Positions 22,298 through 32,000 of a stretch of DNA of 32,000 nt are shown here, one piece after another (positions within the stretch are counted from its first letter, which is position 1; each line of letters begins with the position of its first letter). Origin of the DNA: Candidatus Annandia pinicola (GTDB taxonomy: Bacteria > Pseudomonadota > Gammaproteobacteria > Enterobacterales > Enterobacteriaceae_A); the NCBI RefSeq assembly GCF_020541245.1, contig NZ_CP045876.1, positions 270,001 to 302,000 of the forward strand, written 5' to 3'. The notes beneath the pieces were generated by a model. The model was not told the DNA's origin, ran no database searches, and saw only the letters and a list, made by a program, of their open reading frames with translations. The translations under genes were made by a program, and so were the position numbers.

Positions 22298-24163
22298 TTG
22301 AATAATTTAAATAAATTTGATGTAATAATTATAGGAGCTGGACATGCTGGTACAGAAGCAGCTATAGCTTCTAATAATATGAAAAGAAAAACTTTATTAA
22401 TAACACAAAATATTCACACAATTGGTCAAATGTCATGCAATCCATCTATTGGAGGAATAGGAAAAAGTCATTTAGTAAAAGAAATAGATTCTCTTGGAGG
22501 TTTAATGGCAAAAGCAATAGATTATTCAGGAATTCAATTTAAAATTTTAAATTATAGTAAAGGACCTGCAGTAAGATCGACAAGAGCTCAGGCAGATAGA
22601 AACTTATATAAAAAAATTATATTTAATACATTAAAAAAAAAAAAATATATTACTATTTTAGAATCAGAAGTAACTAAATTAATAATAAAAAAATATAATA
22701 TTATATCTGGAATAGAAACTAAAAATTATTTAAAATTTTATTCAAATAGTATTATATTAACTGTTGGAACATTTTTAAGTGGTAAAATTCACATAGGTTT
22801 TAATAAATATAATGGTGGTAGAGAAAATGAATTACCTTCTAATTTATTATCTAAAAATTTAAATTATTTACCTTTTAGAGTTAGTAGATTAAAAACTGGA
22901 ACACCTCCAAGAATTGATAAAAATACAATAAATTTTAAAATATTAAAAAAACAATATAGTGATATTCCTATACCTAAATTTTCATTTATGGGAAAATTAT
23001 ATAAAAATTTACCTCAAATGCCTTGTTATATAACTAACACTAATAAAAATACTCATGAAATTATACAAAATTCTTTAATTAATAGTCCTTTATATAATGG
23101 TTTAATTAAGGGATTAGGTCCTAGATATTGTCCTTCTATTGAAGATAAAATAATTCGTTTTCCCAATCGTGATAAACATCAAATATTTTTAGAACCAGAA
23201 GGTTTATTTAGCAATGAAATATATCCTAATGGTATATCTACTAGTTTACCAATTAATATTCAAAAAAAATTTATAAATTCAATTAATGGTTTAGAATCAG
23301 CTAAAATTACTAGACCTGGTTATGCAATAGAATACAATTTTTTTGATCCTAGAGATTTATTACTTACTTTAGAAAGTAAACACATAAAAGGTTTATTTTT
23401 AGCTGGTCAAATAAATGGTACTACTGGATATGAAGAAGCAGCAGCTCAAGGTTTATTAGCAGGTATAAATGCATCATTATTAAATATGAACAAAGAACCA
23501 TGGTATCCTAAAAAATATTATTCTTATATAGGAGTATTAATAGATGATTTATGTAATTTAGGAACTAAAGAACCTTATAGAATGTTTACATCTAGAGCTG
23601 AAAGTAGATTATATTTAAGAGAAGATAATTCTGATTTAAGACTTACAGAAATTGGATATAAATTAGGATTAATATCAAAAATTCATTGGAAATTATTTAA
23701 TCAAAAAAAAAATTATATTTATAAAATAAATAATTATATTAATAATAATTTTGTTTTTTTTAAAAATATTAATATTAAAAATAGAATTTATAAAAAAAAA
23801 TATTATATAAAAGAATTATTAAAAAGACCAAATTTTAATTATAAAAAAATTATTAAATATACTAATTTTTATTTAAAATTTTTTAATTCAGAAATATTAG
23901 ATCAAATAGAAATACAAATTAAATATAATGGTTATATAAAACTTAAAGATATTAAAATAATTAATAAAAAAAATAATAATAAATATACTATATTACCTAA
24001 AAATGTAAAATATAATAAAATAAAAGGATTATCAGTAGAATTAATTAAAAAATTAAAAAAATATAATCCTAAATTAATAGAACAAATTAAAACTATTTCT
24101 GGTATTACTCCATCAGCAGTTAAAGCTATTTTGATATATTTAAAAAAAAAATATAAAATTTAA
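22298..24163 (+). CDS. mnmG: tRNA uridine 5-carboxymethylaminomethyl modification enzyme MnmG (GidA)
   Basis: 621 aa with a TTG start. It has [16 protein letters not shown] (FAD fold), [34 protein letters not shown] and [26 protein letters not shown]. Confidence 0.96.
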   Translation: MNNLNKFDVIIIGAGHAGTEAAIASNNMKRKTLLITQNIHTIGQMSCNPSIGGIGKSHLVKEIDSLGGLMAKAIDYSGIQFKILNYSKGPAVRSTRAQADRNLYKKIIFNTLKKKKYITILESEVTKLIIKKYNIISGIETKNYLKFYSNSIILTVGTFLSGKIHIGFNKYNGGRENELPSNLLSKNLNYLPFRVSRLKTGTPPRIDKNTINFKILKKQYSDIPIPKFSFMGKLYKNLPQMPCYITNTNKNTHEIIQNSLINSPLYNGLIKGLGPRYCPSIEDKIIRFPNRDKHQIFLEPEGLFSNEIYPNGISTSLPINIQKKFINSINGLESAKITRPGYAIEYNFFDPRDLLLTLESKHIKGLFLAGQINGTTGYEEAAAQGLLAGINASLLNMNKEPWYPKKYYSYIGVLIDDLCNLGTKEPYRMFTSRAESRLYLREDNSDLRLTEIGYKLGLISKIHWKLFNQKKNYIYKINNYINNNFVFFKNINIKNRIYKKKYYIKELLKRPNFNYKKIIKYTNFYLKFFNSEILDQIEIQIKYNGYIKLKDIKIINKKNNNKYTILPKNVKYNKIKGLSVELIKKLKKYNPKLIEQIKTISGITPSAVKAILIYLKKKYKI

Positions 24164-24320
24164 ATCATTATAAATTTGCATTTTTTATAATTATAGTGTA
24201 TAATTTATTTTAAAAAAGTAATATAATAAACAATAATATTTATTAAAATTGTAATTTAATATTGATTTTAAAATAAAATATTAAAATATAAAATAATATA
24301 TTAATTTATAATTATAATAA

Positions 24321-25130
<810 letters not shown>

Positions 25131-25169
25131 AATTATATTATAATAGTAAACTAATTTAAAATATTATAA

Positions 25170-25415
<246 letters not shown>

Positions 25416-25473
25416 TATTTTTTTTTAATTTAATTATAAAAATAATTATAAATTAAAGAAAAGGAAATAATAT

Positions 25474-25944
25474 ATGGATATAAATAGCACAATTTTAGGA
25501 CAAACTATATCTTTTATAATATTTGTACTATTTTGTATGAAATATATATGGCCTCCTATAATAAATAAAATTAATAATCATCAAAAAAAAATAATTAATG
25601 AATTAAAAAAAATAGAATTATCTAAAAAAAATTTTAAAATAATAAAAAATAAAATGTTACAAAAAATTAAAAAAACAAAAAAAATATCTGATTTAATAAT
25701 AAAAAATGCTAATAAAAAAAGTAAAAAAATAATAAAAATATCTAAAAAAAAATCTATGGAAGAACATAATAAAATAATTAAAAATGCTTTAATTAAAATA
25801 AAATTAGAAATAAAAATTGCAAAAGAAAAATTGAAAAAAGATTTTTCTAACTTAGTAATTATAGGAATAAAAAAAATAACAGAAAAATACTATTACAAAA
25901 ATAATCATGAAGATTTGTTAAATGATATAATAAAAAAACTATAA
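25474..25944 (+). CDS. atpF: F0F1 ATP synthase subunit b
   Basis: 156 aa with an N-terminal TM (INSTILGQTISFIIFVLFCMKYIWPPI) followed by a long Lys-rich helix. Operon position between atpE and atpH. Confidence 0.9.
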   Translation: MDINSTILGQTISFIIFVLFCMKYIWPPIINKINNHQKKIINELKKIELSKKNFKIIKNKMLQKIKKTKKISDLIIKNANKKSKKIIKISKKKSMEEHNKIIKNALIKIKLEIKIAKEKLKKDFSNLVIIGIKKITEKYYYKNNHEDLLNDIIKKL

Positions 25945-25955
25945 ATAAAATTAAT

Positions 25956-26495
25956 ATGAATATAAAAATAATTAAAATAATTAGAATTTATACAAAAGCT
26001 ATTTTTGAATTTTCTGTAGAAAATAATAAAATTAATTATTGGTATTATATGTTACATATAACTTCTAAAGTTATATGTAATATTTATAAAAATATAAAAT
26101 CGTTAAATTATATAAATTTAAAAAAAATATATAAAATAATAGAAAAAACTTTTATTAAAAATAAATTAAATTTTTTTTATATAAATTTTATAAAAATTTT
26201 AATAAAAAATGAAAGATTAACATTGATTCCAAAAATATTTAAAGAATTTAAGAAATTAAGATATAAATATTATAAAATTAATAAAATAAAATTAATAACT
26301 ATAAATAAAGATTATAAAAATAAAATAAAATTAATTAAAAATAAAATTAAAATTAAATATTATAATAAGGTAATATTTAAATATAATTTAAAAAATAATA
26401 TGATAGCTGGAATTATTATTGTTATTAACAATAAAATTTTAGATTATAGTATTTTAAATAAAATAAATTGTATAGAAAAATGTTTAAAATTTTAA
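25956..26495 (+). CDS. atpH: F0F1 ATP synthase subunit delta (highly divergent)
   Basis: 179 aa. RIYTKAIFEFSVENNKINYW aligns to E. coli [20 protein letters not shown], and MIAGIIIVINNKILDYSILNKIN aligns to [22 protein letters not shown]. Operon position agrees. Confidence 0.85.
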   Translation: MNIKIIKIIRIYTKAIFEFSVENNKINYWYYMLHITSKVICNIYKNIKSLNYINLKKIYKIIEKTFIKNKLNFFYINFIKILIKNERLTLIPKIFKEFKKLRYKYYKINKIKLITINKDYKNKIKLIKNKIKIKYYNKVIFKYNLKNNMIAGIIIVINNKILDYSILNKINCIEKCLKF

Positions 26496-26504
26496 GGAAA
26501 TAAA

Positions 26505-28037
26505 ATGCAATTTAATTCTAATGAAATTAGTGAATTAATTAAAAAAAAAATATCTGAATTAAAAATTAATGAAGAAAAAAAAAACGAAGGAACTATTATA
26601 GCTGTTAATGATGGTATTATTTGGATTAATGGAATAAAAGATGTAATGCAAGGAGAAATGATAGAATTATCTAATAATTTATATGCTATTGCATTAAATT
26701 TGGAACAAGATTTTGTAGGTGCTATTGTAATGGGTAAATATATTAATTTAAAAGAAGGTATGAAAGTAAAATGTACTGGTAAAATTTTAGAAATACCAGT
26801 TGGAGAACAATTATTAGGTAGAGTAGTTAATACTTTAGGTAAAGAGATTGATGGAAAAGGAATTATAAATAGTAAAAATTTTTCATCAATTGAAAAAATA
26901 GCTCCAGGTGTTATTGATAGAGAACCAATTAATACACCATTACAAACTGGTTATAAAATAATCGATTCTATGATACCTATTGGTAGAGGACAAAGGGAAC
27001 TTATAATAGGAGATAGACAAACTGGAAAAACTACTTTAGCTATTGATACAATAATAAATCAATATAATAAAAAAGTTAAATGTATATATGTTGCTATTGG
27101 GCAAAAAGCTTCTACTGTACATAATTTAGTTTCTAAATTAGAAAAATATGGTGCTTTATCTTATACAGTAGTAGTAGTTGCTAGTGCATCAGAATCTGCT
27201 TCTATGCAATATTTAGCTCCATATGCAGGTTGTACTATAGGAGAATTTTTTAGAGATAATGGTGAAGATGCTTTAATAGTATATGATGATTTATCTAAAC
27301 AAGCTATTGCTTATCGTCAAATATCTTTATTATTAAAAAGACCACCTGGTAGAGAAGCTTTTCCAGGAGATATATTTTATTTACATGCACGTTTATTAGA
27401 AAGATCTGCTCGTGTAAATTCTAATTATATAGAACGTATTACAAAAGGTAAAATAAAAAATAAAACTGGTTCTTTAACATCATTACCAATAATAGAAACC
27501 CAGTCTGGAGATGTTTCCGCTTTTGTACCAACTAATGTTATATCAATTACAGATGGACAAATATTTTTAGAAACAAATTTATTTAATTCTGGAATTCGTC
27601 CTGCTATTAATCCTGGAATATCAGTCTCTCGTGTAGGTAGCGCAGCTCAAACAAAATTAATAAAACATTTATCTAGTGGTATTAAAAATTCTTTAGCTCA
27701 ATATAATGAATTAGCTGCTTTTTCACAATTTACATCTGATTTAGATGACAAAACTCGTAAAAAATTAGAAAATGGACAAAAAATAACAGAACTATTAAAA
27801 CAATTACCTCATAAACCTATGTCTGTTGTAAAACAAGCTATTATATTATTTATAATTGATTCTGGATTTATAGATGAAATTAAATTAAACAAAATAAATG
27901 AATTTGAATCTAATTTACTAGATTACATAAAATATAATAAAAATAAAATAAATAAATTTAAAGAAGATCCTAATAAATTTATATCTGAATTAAAAAATAT
28001 TATAAAAGAATATAAGAAGACAAATATGGTAAAATAA
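26505..28037 (+). CDS. atpA: F0F1 ATP synthase subunit alpha
   Basis: 510 aa with Walker [56 protein letters not shown] and ITDGQIFLE. Confidence 0.97.
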   Translation: MQFNSNEISELIKKKISELKINEEKKNEGTIIAVNDGIIWINGIKDVMQGEMIELSNNLYAIALNLEQDFVGAIVMGKYINLKEGMKVKCTGKILEIPVGEQLLGRVVNTLGKEIDGKGIINSKNFSSIEKIAPGVIDREPINTPLQTGYKIIDSMIPIGRGQRELIIGDRQTGKTTLAIDTIINQYNKKVKCIYVAIGQKASTVHNLVSKLEKYGALSYTVVVVASASESASMQYLAPYAGCTIGEFFRDNGEDALIVYDDLSKQAIAYRQISLLLKRPPGREAFPGDIFYLHARLLERSARVNSNYIERITKGKIKNKTGSLTSLPIIETQSGDVSAFVPTNVISITDGQIFLETNLFNSGIRPAINPGISVSRVGSAAQTKLIKHLSSGIKNSLAQYNELAAFSQFTSDLDDKTRKKLENGQKITELLKQLPHKPMSVVKQAIILFIIDSGFIDEIKLNKINEFESNLLDYIKYNKNKINKFKEDPNKFISELKNIIKEYKKTNMVK

Positions 28038-28904
28038 ATGTCAAATATAAAAAACATTAGAAATAAAATTATTAGTATAGAAAATACTAAAAAAATAACC
28101 AAAGTTATGGAAATGATAGCTACTTCTAAAATGTTAAAAACTAAAATTAACATGAAAAATAGTAGCTATTATATTAAAGCTATAAAAAAAGTAATAGAAC
28201 ATCTTTTATTAGGTAATTTAGAATATAAACATAATTATTTTAAAAAAAAAAAAAAAAATAATGTTGGTTTTATAATTATTTCTAGTGATAGAGGTTTATG
28301 TGGTAGTTTAAATAATTTATTATTTAGAAAAACATTAAATAAAATAAAATATTTAAAAAAAAAAAATATTAATTCTTATATTTCAATAATAGGTTTAAAA
28401 GGAATATCTTTTTTTAAAAATTTAAATTATAAAATTGTTTCACAATGTGATAATTTAAATATTAAACCTAATTTAATAGATTTAATTGGTGTAATTAAAT
28501 CTATGTTAAATTTATATGATAAAAATAAAATAGAAACATTATATTTATCATATAATAAATTTTATAATACAATGAAACAAAAACCTAAAATTATAAAATT
28601 ACTTCCAATTAATATTTATTCCGATAATAAAAAAAAAAATAAAAATAGATGGGATTATATATATGAAGGTGATTCTAAATTTTTATTAGATACATTATTA
28701 GTTAGATATATTGAATCACAAATATATAATTGTGTTTTAGAAAATATTGTTAGTGAACAATCATCTCGTATGATAGCTATGAAATCAGCTACAGAAAATA
28801 GTAATAATTTAATTATGGAATTAAAATTATTATATAATAAAATTAGACAAACAAATATTACAAAAGAATTAAGTGAAATTGTTTCCGGTACATTTATTTA
28901 TTAG
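28038..28904 (+). CDS. atpG: F0F1 ATP synthase subunit gamma
   Basis: 288 aa with N-terminal IRNKIISIENTKKITKVMEMIATSKM and C-terminal SRMIAMKSATENSNNLIMELKLLYNKIRQTNITKELSEIVSG. Confidence 0.95.
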   Translation: MSNIKNIRNKIISIENTKKITKVMEMIATSKMLKTKINMKNSSYYIKAIKKVIEHLLLGNLEYKHNYFKKKKKNNVGFIIISSDRGLCGSLNNLLFRKTLNKIKYLKKKNINSYISIIGLKGISFFKNLNYKIVSQCDNLNIKPNLIDLIGVIKSMLNLYDKNKIETLYLSYNKFYNTMKQKPKIIKLLPINIYSDNKKKNKNRWDYIYEGDSKFLLDTLLVRYIESQIYNCVLENIVSEQSSRMIAMKSATENSNNLIMELKLLYNKIRQTNITKELSEIVSGTFIY

Positions 28905-30317
<1,413 letters not shown>

Positions 30318-30351
30318 AAATATTTTAATAATTTTATGAGATTATTTAAAA

Positions 30352-30777
30352 ATGAAATTATATTTATTAAATGTAGTAAGTGCAAAAAAAAAAATTTTTA
30401 AAGATCATATTTATAAAATGACGATAAATGGTATTGAAGGTGAGTTAGGAATATTTTATGGTCATATGGCTCTTTTAACAACTATTAAACCTGGTAAAAT
30501 TTCAATATTTAAAAATAAATCAAAAAAAAATGAATACATTTATGTTTCTGGAGGTATTTTAGAAATACAACCTAAAATTGTAACTGTTCTTGCAGATGAA
30601 GCTATTAGAGGAAATGATATAGATGAAAAATTAGTATTAGAATCTAAAAAAAGAGCTGAAAAAAATATTAGTAAATTTCCAATTGGAGATATAAATTATA
30701 TTAAAAATATAGTTAAATTATCTAAAGAAATGGCTAAATTAAATATAATAAAACTAATAAAAAATAAAAGTTTATAA
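30352..30777 (+). CDS. atpC: F0F1 ATP synthase subunit epsilon
   Basis: 141 aa. [13 protein letters not shown].....[24 protein letters not shown]...[17 protein letters not shown] matches epsilon. Last gene of the atp operon. Confidence 0.93.
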   Translation: MKLYLLNVVSAKKKIFKDHIYKMTINGIEGELGIFYGHMALLTTIKPGKISIFKNKSKKNEYIYVSGGILEIQPKIVTVLADEAIRGNDIDEKLVLESKKRAEKNISKFPIGDINYIKNIVKLSKEMAKLNIIKLIKNKSL

Positions 30778-30784
30778 TATTTTA

Positions 30785-32000
30785 TTATTTACCAATACAA
30801 AATTTAGAAAATATATTTTTTAAAAGATCTTTTGTTGTAAAATTTCCTGTTATTTTACTAATTTCTTTTTGTGCTAAATTTAACTTATTAGCAATAATAT
30901 CAATATAATTTCCTGTATCTAATAAATATTTACTTTGTTTTATATATTCTAATGTTTTTTTTAATATTTTAATATGACGTTTATTATTTATAAATATTGT
31001 AGATAAATCTTTATTAAAATATGAAATTTTTGTTAAATGATTAAATAATATATTTTTTCCTAAACCAGTTAAAGCAGACATTTTAATAATATTATATCCT
31101 TTTTTATTTTTTATAATGTCTGCTTTTTTTTTTTTAATATCTATTTTATTTTCTATTATAGTTATTTTATTTTTATCAATTTTATTATATACATTAAAAA
31201 ATAATTCTTTTATTTTGTAATTTTTTGAAATATTACTATCAATAACTAATAATAAATGATCTGCATTATTTATTTCTTTTTTAGTTTTTTCTATACCTAT
31301 TTTTTCTATAATATCATAAGATTTTCTTAAGCCAGCAGTATCTATTATTTGTATTGGTATTCCATTAATATATATATTTTTTCTTATTATATCTCTTGTT
31401 GTTCCTGGAATATTAGTTACAATAGATATATTTTTTTTTGTAATTAAATTAAATATAGTAGATTTTCCAGAATTTGGTTTTCCTAAAATAACTATTTTAA
31501 TACCATGTTGTTTTAATTTACCTAATTTTGATTCATAACATATATTTTTTATAATTTTGATAATTTTATTTAATTTATTTGAAATTTTAAATATTGGAAT
31601 AACTTCAGTCTCATATTCTGAAAAATTTATAATAGTTTCTATATATATTCTTGTTTTTATTATTTCTTTAATAATATTATTAATACATAATGATAAGTTA
31701 CCATTTAAAGAATTTATAGAAGATTTTACTGCAAATTTTGAATTAGAATTTATTAAATCCATTATAGATTCAGCTTGTATTAAATCTATTTTATTATTTA
31801 AAAAAGCTCTATATGAAAATTCTCCAGGTTTAGCAAAACGAATATTAAATTTATTAATAATATAATTCATCAATGATATTAAAGAAATTGGGTTTCCATG
31901 ACAATGTAATTCTAATATATCTTCGCCAGTAAAAGAATAAGGTTTTTTAAAAAAAATAGCTATACCTTTATCTAAAATATTATTTTTATGATCTCTAAAA
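30785..32000 (-). CDS. mnmE: tRNA modification GTPase MnmE (TrmE), N-terminus beyond the window
   Basis: G-domain motifs GKPNSGKST, PGTTRD, DTAG and NKID, plus the C-terminal FCIGK motif. The ORF track starts it at 31873. My in-frame translation upstream of that has no stop up to 32000 (...FKKPYSFTGEDILELHCHGNPISLISL-MMNYI...) and matches the MnmE N-domain, so the gene continues off the window. Confidence 0.92.
   Translation of the reverse strand, partial: FRDHKNNILDKGIAIFFKKPYSFTGEDILELHCHGNPISLISLMNYIINKFNIRFAKPGEFSYRAFLNNKIDLIQAESIMDLINSNSKFAVKSSINSLNGNLSLCINNIIKEIIKTRIYIETIINFSEYETEVIPIFKISNKLNKIIKIIKNICYESKLGKLKQHGIKIVILGKPNSGKSTIFNLITKKNISIVTNIPGTTRDIIRKNIYINGIPIQIIDTAGLRKSYDIIEKIGIEKTKKEINNADHLLLVIDSNISKNYKIKELFFNVYNKIDKNKITIIENKIDIKKKKADIIKNKKGYNIIKMSALTGLGKNILFNHLTKISYFNKDLSTIFINNKRHIKILKKTLEYIKQSKYLLDTGNYIDIIANKLNLAQKEISKITGNFTTKDLLKNIFSKFCIGK

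Noticed and set aside
27923-28153. 76-aa ORF antisense to the atpA/atpG junction
   Set aside because: It is a hydrophobic low-complexity product of antisense Lys/Asn/Ile codons, nested in conserved genes, so it is spurious.
31557-31865. 102-aa ORF antisense to mnmE
   Set aside because: It is nested antisense in mnmE, low-complexity, with no motif, so it is spurious.

Overview
This window comes from an extremely A/T-rich, highly reduced bacterial genome. Gene order is Enterobacterales-like and resembles obligate insect endosymbionts; I cannot name the organism. Protein-coding and spacer DNA is nearly all A/T, while rRNA and tRNA genes stand out as GC-richer islands. Apart from partial aroE, all minus-strand genes form one co-oriented block from 21956 down to 2655: a complete rRNA operon (16S, tRNA-Ile, tRNA-Ala, 23S, 5S), then thrU-tyrU-glyT-thrT, then the S10, spc and alpha ribosomal-protein operons (rpsJ to rplQ, including secY and rpoA). 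I added rpmD and rpmJ by hand because the ORF track missed them. The plus strand carries def-fmt and mnmG-atpBEFHAGDC. Partial aroE and partial mnmE run off the two window edges. Every credible ORF is a recognisable housekeeping gene. I see no defence system, mobile element, CRISPR array or novel multi-gene cassette. The genuinely unusual items are a ~333-nt almost pure A/T insertion in the 16S gene at the helix-9 loop with internal repeat structure, two isolated G11/G9 homopolymers in spacers, the fusion of the rRNA operon to the tRNA cluster and S10 operon with no tuf gene, a strand-switch spacer next to mnmG without DnaA boxes, and very long in-frame poly(A) tracts in essential genes. The code appears standard: Trp is TGG, and TGA is a stop in ATGA overlaps.
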